The position numbers were made by a program, and so were the translations under genes. A DNA stretch of 64,000 nt from Alkalispirochaeta sp. Its GTDB lineage: Bacteria; Spirochaetota; Spirochaetia; DSM-27196; Alkalispirochaetaceae. The notes beneath the pieces were generated by a model. That model did no database searches, was not told the DNA's origin, and saw only the letters and a list, made by a program, of their open reading frames with translations. This document shows positions 29,289 through 39,766 of the stretch, in pieces. The stretch's first letter is position 1; each line of letters opens with the position of its first letter. The DNA is taken from assembly GCA_965601925.1 (NCBI GenBank), contig OZ271854.1, forward strand, positions 3,072,001 to 3,136,000. The letters are read 5' to 3'.

Positions 29289-30218
29289 GTGACGAGACTT
29301 CGCTCAGCTTCCGCGAAACTGCGGAGTGAGCTGACCGCGGGAGGCGCGGTTTTCGTGCTCCCCGCCGCCTTATTGGCGCTGCTCATAATCGCCTATCCCT
29401 TTTTTCATGCGCTCTGGCTCAGCTTTACCGATCATACGGTCGCCACGGCGGAAACGAACTTCATTGGATTCGGCAACTATCTTCGTTGGCTCAGGCGGCC
29501 GCTTCTCTGGCAAACCTTCGGCAATACTCTGGTCTATTCCGGCGGCACGGTGCTGGCAGGCGTTGTCCTCGGTTTCGCGATCGGACTCTCCCTCAATCGG
29601 CTCAAGTACACGAGAGATTTGGTGGGATCGGTAATCCTCCTTCCTTGGATAATCCCCACCGTCGCCAGCACCCTCGTCTGGATGTGGATGTACAACCCCT
29701 TCGCCGGTATCCTCAACTTTGTGTTGGTCGACAGAGGGTTGCTCGACGGCGGCGTAAATTGGTTGGGACAACCGTTGTTGGCGATGGTGTCGGTAATTGC
29801 GGTAAGCGCCTGGAGGTACGTTCCGTATTTCGGCGTTGTCGTCCTTGCAGCCAGGAAAGAAATTCCCGAACAGCTCTACGAAGCGGCTGTTGTGGACGGT
29901 GCCACGGAGCCGCAACTCTTCCGGCACGTAACGGCGCCCGGCGTATGGAAAGTCGTTTCCTTCACCGCGATGCTTGTTTTCATCCGTGTGGCGTACGATT
30001 TCGTCGTCGTGTACCTACTCACTCGAGGGGGGCCGTCCGGCGCCACGCAGATCGTTTCGGTCCTCACGTTTATGACCGCCTTCGAGTCCGGCAAGATGGG
30101 TTCCGGCGTGGCCGCCCCATTGCTGCTGTTTCCGCTGTTTGCCCCGCTTATCGTAATCGTCACCGGCGGAATGGTAAAACACAGATTCAGGAAGAGGGGA
30201 TCATGGCGAGAAGAGTAA
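29289..30218 (+). CDS. Carbohydrate ABC transporter permease
   Basis: FIGFGNY, LLPWIIP and LYEAAVVDGA. Confidence 0.92.
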   Translation: MTRLRSASAKLRSELTAGGAVFVLPAALLALLIIAYPFFHALWLSFTDHTVATAETNFIGFGNYLRWLRRPLLWQTFGNTLVYSGGTVLAGVVLGFAIGLSLNRLKYTRDLVGSVILLPWIIPTVASTLVWMWMYNPFAGILNFVLVDRGLLDGGVNWLGQPLLAMVSVIAVSAWRYVPYFGVVVLAARKEIPEQLYEAAVVDGATEPQLFRHVTAPGVWKVVSFTAMLVFIRVAYDFVVVYLLTRGGPSGATQIVSVLTFMTAFESGKMGSGVAAPLLLFPLFAPLIVIVTGGMVKHRFRKRGSWREE

Positions 30219-31054
30219 ACCAAGCCGTACGCGAGTCGTTCTGGAAGACCGTTTCGATACTCGTCGTACTCGGCTTCCTCCTGAGCGCCCTCGTGCCGAC
30301 CTACTGGATGATCGTATCCTCCCTCAAGAGTAAGAATGAGCTTTTCACCTCGCCAAACCCGCTGTGGGTATTCAGTCCGACGTTCGATGAGTATCGTGGA
30401 CTTCTCGATCTGACGCCCTTTGTTCAATGGTTTGGAAATACGCTTGTCGTGGCGGGCGGTGCGACCTTGATCGCTATGATCTTCGGCGGACTGGCGGCCT
30501 ACGGCATAAGCCGAACTCCCTCTCGTATTGGAGTTCGACTTGCCCAGGCAACGCTTCTCACGTATCTGATACCGCGGGCGATGTTTGCGATTCCCTTCTA
30601 TATTCTCCTGAACTCAATAGGGTTGTTAAACACTAAACTCGGGGTCATTCTCTCCTATCTCACCTTTACCTTGCCTTTCACGATTTGGATCCTCCTCGGC
30701 TTTTTCGAGGGCATACCCAAAGAACTCGACGAGGCCGCGTACGTCGACGGCGCATCGCGTTTGGCCGTGATCTACCGGATAATACTGCCGCTTTCCGGTC
30801 CGGGCCTCGTAGCGACGGCCATATTCTGCTTAGCCGAGGCGTGGAATGAGTTCCTCTATCCGCTGGCGTTACTCCAAACACAAGAGGATACGGTCCTCAC
30901 CGTCGGAATCGCCTCCCTGAGACAGGGAGATGTGTTCGCTTGGGGACAGATCATGGCTGCGGCGGTTCTCGCGACGATGCCGATCATGATTTTCTTCACC
31001 CGCATCTATCGTCGGGTAGTCGGGGGTATGGGAACCGGTGCCGTAAAGGGGTAG
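30203..31054 (+). CDS. Carbohydrate ABC transporter permease
   Basis: ELDEAAYVDGA and WNEFLY. The start is MARRV after GAGGGG. Confidence 0.92.
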   Translation: MARRVNQAVRESFWKTVSILVVLGFLLSALVPTYWMIVSSLKSKNELFTSPNPLWVFSPTFDEYRGLLDLTPFVQWFGNTLVVAGGATLIAMIFGGLAAYGISRTPSRIGVRLAQATLLTYLIPRAMFAIPFYILLNSIGLLNTKLGVILSYLTFTLPFTIWILLGFFEGIPKELDEAAYVDGASRLAVIYRIILPLSGPGLVATAIFCLAEAWNEFLYPLALLQTQEDTVLTVGIASLRQGDVFAWGQIMAAAVLATMPIMIFFTRIYRRVVGGMGTGAVKG

Positions 31055-31094
31055 GTTGCATGTCACGGTTGCGGTTTAGCTTTGGGGAGAAACG

Positions 31095-32123
31095 ATGTCA
31101 CTGAGCAAGCCGGGACGAGAACGGCTGGACAAACAAGTGTCCTTTCTGCGAGAGCGCGGCGAAGCGATTGTGCTGGACGCCGATACCCACATAACCGATC
31201 CGAGGGCTCTGCCGCCGGAGATCGAAGGACGCATTAAGGAAAGCGGAAACTACTTTCACGGTAAGCCCCTCTCGGCCGAACAGCTTCTCGCCTATCTGGA
31301 TCACGCTGAGGTTGACGGCTGTTTGAGCTGGCAGAATCCCGCCTGTACAGTCTACCCGGGAAACGAAACCGATAACTACAAGAGCTTGCTCGAGGCCAAC
31401 CGTTACATCTACGACGCGGCCGTTGCGTATCCCGAACGGATCTTTCCCGCGGGCTGGACCGACCCTCGGGCTCTCGGTGTTACCGCGGCCTGCGACCTCG
31501 CCGAGCAGTTGATCGTCGAGTTCGGTTTTCCCATTGTAAAGATGAACCCAGCTCAGAATCAGTTTCCTATCGACTCAGACTATGTCCTTCGTGTTATGGA
31601 GCGGATTAACAAGTTCGGCGGGGCGGTGGCGTTTCATTACGGCGCGGATACGGATTACACGCCCGCCTCCGGCCTTGAGAGGGCGGCACAGGCGTTTCCC
31701 GGTATGACGGTCATCGGCGTCCACATGGGAGGTGGCGGGGCGAGCTACCTCGCCTCGGAGGAGCTCTACCGGGAGAGTCGCGCCCTTGGATTGAGGCAAA
31801 AGAACATACACTTCATCTTCAGTGCCAAGCGGGACACCCACATAGAGAGCGATCTCATAGAGTATCAGCTCGCCGGAGCATCGGCACGGAAACGTCTCTC
31901 GTGCGCAAGTGATGCACCTTACGGTCTGCCTACCTGGAACTTCGGCGGATTCCGTACGCTTTTTGCGTCATTGCGCGATGGAGCCAATCACCCGGACGAA
32001 CGCCTCCGGGGTGATCCCGAACTCTTTGATGATGAGAGCATCGCCGGATATTTGGGGGGGAACCTGGCCAAGCTCATGGTCCGGATAGGCGAGCGCGTGC
32101 TCAGGACGGAAGCGCGCGTGTAG
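31095..32123 (+). CDS. Amidohydrolase-superfamily metallo-enzyme
   Basis: LDADTH, EANRY, VKMNP, FHYG, HMGG and ASDAPY. Last gene of the ABC operon. Confidence 0.7.
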   Translation: MSLSKPGRERLDKQVSFLRERGEAIVLDADTHITDPRALPPEIEGRIKESGNYFHGKPLSAEQLLAYLDHAEVDGCLSWQNPACTVYPGNETDNYKSLLEANRYIYDAAVAYPERIFPAGWTDPRALGVTAACDLAEQLIVEFGFPIVKMNPAQNQFPIDSDYVLRVMERINKFGGAVAFHYGADTDYTPASGLERAAQAFPGMTVIGVHMGGGGASYLASEELYRESRALGLRQKNIHFIFSAKRDTHIESDLIEYQLAGASARKRLSCASDAPYGLPTWNFGGFRTLFASLRDGANHPDERLRGDPELFDDESIAGYLGGNLAKLMVRIGERVLRTEARV

Positions 32124-32458
32124 AGAGTGAACAGCTTCGGTTTCAGTCGGAGAGGTTGCAGTATGAGACCAATGGGGTTGACCTTCCACACATAAAAAGG
32201 GGGGTGTGTTATGGGAAGTCTGCGGGAGCCGCGTAGGTCAACGTCGTTCCATGTGGGATGCCATATCTAACCGACGTGTTCGATGTCGTCTACATCGCTT
32301 TCAGGTCTTTGAGGCCAATCGGTGCGTTTCACACCTCCCGTTTGTCGTACAATCGGAGCGATACACCGTTTCCCGGGCGCCGAGGGTCGCCGTTACGATC
32401 GGGACCGCGACGACGATCTGTGTAGCTGCGATCACCGTCTTCCTCACTCCTTCCTCTC

Positions 32459-33049
32459 CTATTCCGAGGCTGTCCGCGACTCCGTGCCGACCTGGGACCG
32501 GCGGGACAGCTCCTCGGGACCGTCACCCGCCTCGATCGATCTGATTCTTTGCACCGCGTTTTCACAGAAACGGCGAACATCTTCGGCACTCGCGCGGTAG
32601 GCGGAGGTTTCGGTTCGGGTAGGTGCGGTTTCATCCGGAAGGACATCGGTGATTGGGTATTCAAGAACCGACAACGGTTTGACATTGATTCGTTTGGTGA
32701 GATCCTGCGCGATTCCGGTATTGGCTCCGTCTGCGCCGCCACAGAGCGAAACGTAGACGTAGCGGCGGATCTTTCCCCTCATTCGCCGGATTGCCGTACG
32801 AAGCGGCGAAGGTATCTTGCCCATCCACACGGGCGCGACCATTAAGACGAGCGAGTCCGATGCCGGAACTTCGAACTCCGGTTCGATTTCCGGCATCCGC
32901 CCAAGCAGCATGTCGATCGCGATCATCGGAATCGTCCGGGGTTTACACGGTGCTATCTCGATGTGTTCGGCTCCGAGCTCGGCGGCAATACGGCGTCCCA
33001 GGGCGGTGTTATTGCCTGTGAGCGAGTACGAGATTACGGTTGCTTTCAT
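32459..33049 (-). CDS. Flavodoxin-like protein
   Basis: YSLTGNN phosphate-binding loop and PVWMG. Confidence 0.7.
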   Translation of the reverse strand: MKATVISYSLTGNNTALGRRIAAELGAEHIEIAPCKPRTIPMIAIDMLLGRMPEIEPEFEVPASDSLVLMVAPVWMGKIPSPLRTAIRRMRGKIRRYVYVSLCGGADGANTGIAQDLTKRINVKPLSVLEYPITDVLPDETAPTRTETSAYRASAEDVRRFCENAVQRIRSIEAGDGPEELSRRSQVGTESRTASE

Positions 33050-33161
33050 TCCTCTCTCCGTTATTGATAGGTTGGCGTGAGTGTAGGATCGGCCGAGTCT
33101 CCATGGTATAGTAAAAAATCATCATCCAGGCGTGGCGACAGCCGCAGGAGGTGATTGCGTA

Positions 33162-33917
33162 ATGACGAATCAGGACTTCGTGACTCGAATCCTCGAGTTT
33201 ACGGCCCATCCGGGCGAGAGCGAGACAGACCCGATCGCCTTCCATAGGCGCGCGCTCGAACGACTCGATCGGGTAGAGCGAACGGCAATCTACATCATTG
33301 ACATGGCGCAGATGCGGTATGTGTTCTTGCCGTCGGTGCGGCGGTTCTCTCTCGCGTGGGACATGGATCGAGTGGCGGAAGTCGGCGCGACCTACTTCTT
33401 CGATCACATGCACTCTGAGGATCGGCAGATGGTCATGGAGTCGGTCCTCGAGTACTTCCGGTTCCTCTACTCGATCGGAATCGATGAACGGCCGAAGTAC
33501 AAGTTGTCCATGGACTTCCGGATCGCCAATGCCGGCTCCAACTGGGTTCGAATCATTCAACAGGTGCTTGCAATTGAGTTGACCGAGGGCGGCGAAATCT
33601 GGCTCCTTCTCACGGTGAACGATCTCTCACCGGTCCGCGACGAGAGCGTGCCCGCACGGCGCTTCGTTGAGCACGTGGACACGGGCGAGCGGGTGCTCTT
33701 CCCGCCGGAGGATGCCGAGGTCGGCTCGCCGCTCACGCCGCGAGAGCTGGAAGTTCTCGGTCTAGTATCCCGCGGCTACGGGAGTAGAGAAGTAGCGGAC
33801 TTTCTGGGAATCAGCGTCAACACGGTCAACAACCACCGACAGCACGTACTGGAGAAGATGCGCGCCTCCAACACCGCCGAAGCACTGAGCTACGCGGCGT
33901 CTCTCTCCCTCATTTAG
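33162..33917 (+). CDS. PAS-like sensor plus LuxR-type HTH regulator
   Basis: MHSEDR...DFRI PAS-like region and LTPRELEVL.LV..G....EVA..LGIS.NTVNNHR HTH. Confidence 0.85.
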   Translation: MTNQDFVTRILEFTAHPGESETDPIAFHRRALERLDRVERTAIYIIDMAQMRYVFLPSVRRFSLAWDMDRVAEVGATYFFDHMHSEDRQMVMESVLEYFRFLYSIGIDERPKYKLSMDFRIANAGSNWVRIIQQVLAIELTEGGEIWLLLTVNDLSPVRDESVPARRFVEHVDTGERVLFPPEDAEVGSPLTPRELEVLGLVSRGYGSREVADFLGISVNTVNNHRQHVLEKMRASNTAEALSYAASLSLI

Positions 33918-34688
33918 ATCGGCTCGTGCTGTACGAGATCGGGACACCATGCCCGCTTCGGTAGGTGATATCGGCCACCGCCACGCAGTACGCCACCTCC
34001 AGGAACATCCTCAGCGTCGAAAGGACGGCGCACGCATCGAACTCCGTGACCCCCATCGTGGATGAGCGGTTCGAAGACGAATCACCTCATCCCGAATAAG
34101 GTTACCGGTCGCCCACGGACGGCTATGTGGCGTTCGGGGCTCTTCTCATAACCCATCCTTTCCATGACATGAGCTGCTCCTCCCCGGAAAGAGCGTTATC
34201 CATGTCCGAACGGTTCACGGTGGGCTCTCCCACGTAGTCCATAAACTTAAGGAAAGGTGTGACCGCTTCATTGGATGGCCGTGTGGGTTACCTAACCATA
34301 ACCGACCATCGGTTATCTAAAACTCTCCGCAGCATTCCAATCGATCACGACATTCCGGTCGATTCGCAGCGGCTCCTTCGTAGTTCGATGAATCTATCGA
34401 GACCGGATTGTTTCACGAGTTCAATAGGCCGAAAGGCTTTCTTCCGCGTTTTCACGAAGTCGCACCGCGAATGGCGGTTTTGCAGGTGCGTCCGAGATTG
34501 CTCTTCCGGTGCTTCGTATACTTCTGAAGCCGGCTCTTGAGCCCATATACCGCCCCCTTTCGCGCACATGCAGCCCGACCATCCCTTCGCGCGCATACTC
34601 AGAGACGCGGTTTCCTATGATCGCACAATGAGTGAAAAATAAGACAGTTGTAATTATCATCTATTTATCGATATACTAAGCACGCCGA

Positions 34689-37070
34689 GTGAAACCAACT
34701 CAGAGGGAGAATCGGACGTTGAAGAGAACAACAAGACCTCGCGTTGAAGGTCGATCAAAGGTAGCGGGTGCCGCCGCGTATGTAGATGACCTACGCGAAC
34801 GCGAGCTGGGCTTTGGGTACGACGTCGCCGTGGCCGTTACGAGTACCTGTGCCGTCGGAACAATCAAGGCCGTTGACACCGGAGCAGCCCAGGCGGCACC
34901 CGGCGTCAAACTGATTATGACCCATGAAAATGCGCCGAGGTTGAAGAAGGTGCTTGCCGTCGGCTTGGGCGAGGTTGGTGAGTTGCTTCCTCTCCAGGAC
35001 GACGATGTTCGGTACTACGGACAGTGTGTGGCGGTCGTTGTGGCAGATAGCCTTATCGCCGCCCAAGAGGGGGCCCGGTTGGTCGACGTAACGTACGAAC
35101 CCACCAAACGACCCGCCGCGTTTGCACTCGAGAATGCAGCAAATCGTCTAAAGCCGGTGAAGCGGGCGGGAATTGCACCGGGCACGCTGCGGCGCGGCGA
35201 CGCTATGGGTGACTACGAGATCTCACCGGTGAAGGTAGATGCTCATTATCACTGTGCGCCCCATCACCACAACTCGATAGAGCCGAGCGCCGTTGTCGCA
35301 AAGTGGGACGCCGACGGTGGGGTGACGATTCACGCAGCGGTGCAGTGGCACCATATTGAGACGCTGACGATTGCTCAGGCCTTTGGGCTCGGTTGGGGCA
35401 ACCGATTACCAGACTTCGCTGCGCGCATGTTTCTGGGCAGGGCGACAGAGGGCAAGGTTCGTCTTAAGAACGCTATGTCGGGCGGTGCGTTCGGACGCAA
35501 CATACACGCTATACACCTGTTTCTCGCGTGTATGGCCGCAAAGCTCACAAAAACGGCCGTGAAAGTCATCTTGACGAGAGAGCAGACCTATACCCTCTTG
35601 CCATATCGCGGGGAGGTAAGGCAGCGGCTCAGGCTCGGCGCGAATGAGCGCGGTAAGCTGAAAACGATGGTGCAGGAGCCCGACATTGCCGTCGGTGCGG
35701 CGGGAAAGTATGTCGAACCGGTAGGCGAAGTACCGTTTCAACTCTACGCCCACGATAGCCATTACCTACAACATCGCGTCGCAAAGTTGGACCTGAACGG
35801 AGTAGGGTGGATGAGAGGTCCGGGCGTCTCGAGCGCGGTCTTCGCCGTCGAGTCCGCAATGGACGAATTGGCACACCAACAGGGCCTCGATCCGTTAGCG
35901 ATGCGTCTTTTGAACCACGCCGACGTGAACCCCGAGAACGGAAAACCGTGGTCGAGCAAATCGCTGCGTGCGTGTTATGCCGCCGGCGCCGACGCCATCG
36001 GTTGGCACCATCGCTCGAAGGGCGGCACGGTGCGTAGTGACGGGCGGATCGTCGGCTACGGAATGGCCACCTCCTTTGACCTGGGCCGGCAGTTTCCGGC
36101 CAGCGCCCGAGTCGAGTTGTGCAAAGACGGTGGCGCCGTCGTTTCGGTGGCGATCGCCGAGCTTGGACAAGGTATTCTGTCCGCGTTGACAACCATCTCC
36201 GCCGAGTCCTTGGGCATCAACAGAGATCGAATCGTATTAAAAACGCAAGACACTACGCTTCCATACGGAGCCGGCAGCATCGGCTCAACGGGAACCTTCA
36301 GCAACGGAACCGCCATCTACGAAGCGGCGGAGACGATAAAACGCATCCTCATCGACTGGGTAGTGAGGGACAAACACTCAGCCATGTACGGTGAGGAGGT
36401 TTCAAAGATCACTATCCACGACGGACACATAGTCTCATCCGGTGGCGCCAGGGAAGCAGTTTCGGATGTCATGGCTCGCTACCCCGGGAGGTCCATAAGC
36501 CATCACGCCAAAACGGGTAGAACCTTCGGCAGGAGCAACATGGCGAAGGCCTCTTTCGGCGCGGTTTTTGTGGAGATATCCGTCGACCCGATAACCATGC
36601 ATCTGACGGTAGAGAGGATGGTCGGCGCATTTGCGTGCGGAAGAATCATCGAACCTGTGTTGGCCCGCAGTCAAATTGTCGGCGGAATGATCTGGGGTAT
36701 GGGGCAGGCACTCTTCGAGGAGACGCGGACCGACCCCAACACGGGGAAATGGGTAAACGGGAATTTGGCTGAAGCCTTTATCTCGACCCACGCCGACATT
36801 CCCGATATCGATGTCATCTTCATTGATGAGGATGACACCGTCTCGCACCCACTGGGTATGAAAGGACTCGCTGAAATCGGGGTCATTGGTCCCGCGCCCG
36901 CTATCGCCAATGCTTTTTTTGATGCGACGGGGAAGCGGCTCCACGCTCTTCCCATGTTGATAGAACATCGGCTTGCCGCCCCGATAGCGGCGCCCGGAAG
37001 GATGAAGCCGTCTCTCGGTAACGCGCTTGCCGTTTCCTCATCCGCGGCCGTTGGGGGGCCGGTACAATGA
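34689..37070 (+). CDS. Xanthine dehydrogenase family molybdopterin-binding subunit (PaoC/YagR-like)
   Basis: KVAGAAAY, IEP, GGAFG, WMRGPG, ESAMDELA, ELGQG, QIVGG..WGMG and KGLAE. Confidence 0.9.
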   Translation: MKPTQRENRTLKRTTRPRVEGRSKVAGAAAYVDDLRERELGFGYDVAVAVTSTCAVGTIKAVDTGAAQAAPGVKLIMTHENAPRLKKVLAVGLGEVGELLPLQDDDVRYYGQCVAVVVADSLIAAQEGARLVDVTYEPTKRPAAFALENAANRLKPVKRAGIAPGTLRRGDAMGDYEISPVKVDAHYHCAPHHHNSIEPSAVVAKWDADGGVTIHAAVQWHHIETLTIAQAFGLGWGNRLPDFAARMFLGRATEGKVRLKNAMSGGAFGRNIHAIHLFLACMAAKLTKTAVKVILTREQTYTLLPYRGEVRQRLRLGANERGKLKTMVQEPDIAVGAAGKYVEPVGEVPFQLYAHDSHYLQHRVAKLDLNGVGWMRGPGVSSAVFAVESAMDELAHQQGLDPLAMRLLNHADVNPENGKPWSSKSLRACYAAGADAIGWHHRSKGGTVRSDGRIVGYGMATSFDLGRQFPASARVELCKDGGAVVSVAIAELGQGILSALTTISAESLGINRDRIVLKTQDTTLPYGAGSIGSTGTFSNGTAIYEAAETIKRILIDWVVRDKHSAMYGEEVSKITIHDGHIVSSGGAREAVSDVMARYPGRSISHHAKTGRTFGRSNMAKASFGAVFVEISVDPITMHLTVERMVGAFACGRIIEPVLARSQIVGGMIWGMGQALFEETRTDPNTGKWVNGNLAEAFISTHADIPDIDVIFIDEDDTVSHPLGMKGLAEIGVIGPAPAIANAFFDATGKRLHALPMLIEHRLAAPIAAPGRMKPSLGNALAVSSSAAVGGPVQ

Positions 37071-37534
37071 AAAAAACATTCGTTATTAATAATGAGACCC
37101 ACCATCTCGAGTTCGATCCACGCATGACGCTACTCGACCTATTACGTGAAAGGTTGGAGCTGATAGGGACAAAAAAGGGTTGTGACTTTGGTCATTGCGG
37201 CGCCTGTACGGTGCATATCGACGGTACGCGCGTGGCCTCCTGCCTAAAACTCGCCGGCACGGTCGACGGTCCGGTGACGACGATTGAGGGCATTGCCGAG
37301 GACGACCGGCTTCACCCGATGCAAGCGGAGTTTCTGGCATATGATGCGTATCAGTGCGGCTATTGCACACCTGGGCAGATCATGAGCGCGATCGCCTGCG
37401 TGGAGGAAGGGAAGGCGGGAACAAGGAAGGACATACGGGAGTCGATGAGCGGAAACCTGTGTCGCTGCTCGGCGCATCCCAATATCGTTGCCGCCATTGA
37501 AGCGTATCGCGATCAACGGGGAGGGAAGCAATGA
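37067..37534 (+). CDS. 2x[2Fe-2S] subunit (PaoA/YagT-like)
   Basis: GCDFGHCGACTV, C, QCGYCTPG and NLCRC. Confidence 0.93.
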   Translation: MKKTFVINNETHHLEFDPRMTLLDLLRERLELIGTKKGCDFGHCGACTVHIDGTRVASCLKLAGTVDGPVTTIEGIAEDDRLHPMQAEFLAYDAYQCGYCTPGQIMSAIACVEEGKAGTRKDIRESMSGNLCRCSAHPNIVAAIEAYRDQRGGKQ

Positions 37535-38526
37535 AGCCTTTCACCATTGAGGACGCATCAAGTCCGCACGATGCGGCGAAGCGTTTTCATCGCCAACGTG
37601 GTAACGCCGTGTATTGTGCCGGCGGCACTACCATGGTCGACCTTATGAAACTCAACGTGAAGCAGCCGGAGCGAGTGATAAACCTCCTTCCGCTGCGAGA
37701 CGATTTGAACACGATCACTCTTGATCATCGAGGACTGACGATCGCCGCCATGGCGACCATGTCTGAAGTTATGGACAACCCCGTGGTAGCCGAATTGTTT
37801 CCGGTCGTCGCCGATTCTCTGAGACTTGCGGCGAGTGCACAAATACGAAACGCGGCAACCATTGGCGGCAACCTGTTACAACGGACGCGGTGCGCCTATT
37901 TCAGGGACGCCCACGCCGCCTGCAACAAGCGCGCCCCGGGCTCCGGCTGCGCCGCCTTGGGAGGGGATAGCCGGAGTCTCGCTATTTTGGGCACAAGCGG
38001 CCGGTGTATCGCAAACTATCCGGGTGACCTGGCTACCGCGCTGGTGGCGCTGGATGCGTCGGTAACGCTGTTGGATGAACGCGGAGAAGAGCGCGTTTTG
38101 AAGGTCGAAGAGTTGCACCGTGTACCCGGGGATCAACCCCATAGAGAAACCAACCTACAACCCGGCGAACTCATTACCGGCGTCACTATTCCTCCGCAGA
38201 GTTGGCGATCCTCCCTCTATCTGAAGATACGAGATCGTGCTTCGTACGCCTTTGCCCTCGCGTCCGCTGCAGTGGCTCTAAACCTCGATCGGACCGGAGT
38301 GCAGGATGTACGAATCGCTTTAGGCGGACTGGCGGCAAAACCGTGGCGATGTCGTGAGGCTGAAGGCTTCCTGAGAGATACACCCATCACTATGGAAACC
38401 GCTACGGAGGCGGCAAACATATGCCTTAAGGGTGCTGAAGTTGACGCCCACAGGCGCTTCAAGCTGGAGCTTGGAAAACGAACGATCGTACGCGCGCTGC
38501 TTAACGCGGCCAAAAGACAAGGCTAA
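37531..38526 (+). CDS. FAD-binding subunit (PaoB/YagS-like)
   Basis: AGGT..VDLMK, QIRN.ATIGGN, RCAYFRD...CNKR.PGSGC...CIA and KIRDRASYAFAL. Confidence 0.92.
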   Translation: MKPFTIEDASSPHDAAKRFHRQRGNAVYCAGGTTMVDLMKLNVKQPERVINLLPLRDDLNTITLDHRGLTIAAMATMSEVMDNPVVAELFPVVADSLRLAASAQIRNAATIGGNLLQRTRCAYFRDAHAACNKRAPGSGCAALGGDSRSLAILGTSGRCIANYPGDLATALVALDASVTLLDERGEERVLKVEELHRVPGDQPHRETNLQPGELITGVTIPPQSWRSSLYLKIRDRASYAFALASAAVALNLDRTGVQDVRIALGGLAAKPWRCREAEGFLRDTPITMETATEAANICLKGAEVDAHRRFKLELGKRTIVRALLNAAKRQG

Positions 38527-38844
38527 TCCCGCAGCTATTGAACGTAACGCGCTCGTGAGACGAGAAGACGAACATGATTGACCCAAACCCGGTCCGGTAG
38601 CGGCCGTTCGTAAAGAGGGTTGCCGAGAGTGACTTCAAAGAGCCGCCCGTCACCGAGCAGGATTCAACGGAGGAGATACTACGGTAGTGCAAAAGGGGAG
38701 TTCACGATACGATAGGGTCGTAATCGTAGGGAAACCGCGCCCGGTGCGGTCGTGATAGTATCAATACTGTGAATCAGGATTGCGAGTTGTCGGCGCACAA
38801 TTCGAAAGGACGTTCAATCTCTATAAGCGACCGATCGTATCACC

Positions 38845-39366
38845 ATGGCAAGACGTAACCGTGTACCCGTCCCTCCCATTTATTTTCACTACCACGATCT
38901 GTCGGAGCCTTTTGCGTCGGACACGGGCTACTTGCTTACATTCGTATCACAAATGGCCTACATGGCATTTGATGAAGCGCTCGAGCCCATGGATATCGAG
39001 GCTAGGCAGTATGGAGTTATGACCTTGATTGCCGAGGGAAAGCACCGCTCTCAAATTGCTATTAGCGAGAACCTCGGTTTTGACCGTACTCACGTGGTGC
39101 GGCTGGTAGATAGCTTGGAAGACTTAGGGTACGTGCGCCGCGAAAGAGACCGCAATGACCGCCGTTACTACAAGCTGTTCTTAACGCCGGCGGGGGAAGC
39201 GGCGCTGAAAGAGGCGAAAGAACGCGCCGACAACGCTCAAGCCGATACCTACGGCTGCTTGAGCGGGGAAGAGCGCGAGGCGCTGAACAAGCTCTTGCGA
39301 AAGTTGGGCGAGCAGAGATTCTCCAAAAAGCATGCCGGGTCAACCGACAAAGCCGCCGCGAGGTGA
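38845..39366 (+). CDS. MarR family regulator
   Basis: SQ..ISE.LGFDR..VVRLVD.LE..GYVRR.....DRR...LFLT..G. Confidence 0.88.
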   Translation: MARRNRVPVPPIYFHYHDLSEPFASDTGYLLTFVSQMAYMAFDEALEPMDIEARQYGVMTLIAEGKHRSQIAISENLGFDRTHVVRLVDSLEDLGYVRRERDRNDRRYYKLFLTPAGEAALKEAKERADNAQADTYGCLSGEEREALNKLLRKLGEQRFSKKHAGSTDKAAAR

Positions 39367-39766
39367 TGTGAAGTCATAATCCAAGTAGAGCCGGTTCTCC
39401 CGCGGTAACTCGCCGAGGATTAGGCGGCCGTGCAATACTTTTCGACGCCCGGCGGACCGGTGGGCCGTGGCACCGGACGACTTCCGGCCCGGCGGATGCG
39501 TACCGCAGCGGCGCGGTGCCGACGCGAGGAACGCATCCATAGGGCCTGCTGAGTCCCGAGACACGGTCAGCCGGTCCGATGATGAGACATATCGCACCGA
39601 CCGTCGCCCACTCCCCAACCGTTACATCGGAGGGATGCGACATCTCGGCGGGGTCATGCAGGGACCGGGTGCCGGGGACGAGCGCGACTTCCGGTTCCTC
39701 TTGCTGAACGATCGCCACCGACGCCCGGTCCCCTTACAACTCGTCGGGGATACGCGCCCGAACAGC

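Noticed and set aside
29486..31054. 522-aa ORF as listed in the track
   Set aside because: The N-terminal part overlaps the upstream permease in another frame. The real gene starts at 30203.
33918..34688. Possible pseudogene or IS remnant in the long gap before the molybdoenzyme
   Set aside because: Only short, stop-interrupted frames are present, with no family motif or terminal inverted repeats that I could recognise. A BLASTX search would be needed.
39374..39766. Small ORFs between marR and the kinase-like gene
   Set aside because: They have no recognisable motif or convincing start signals, and they overlap one another.
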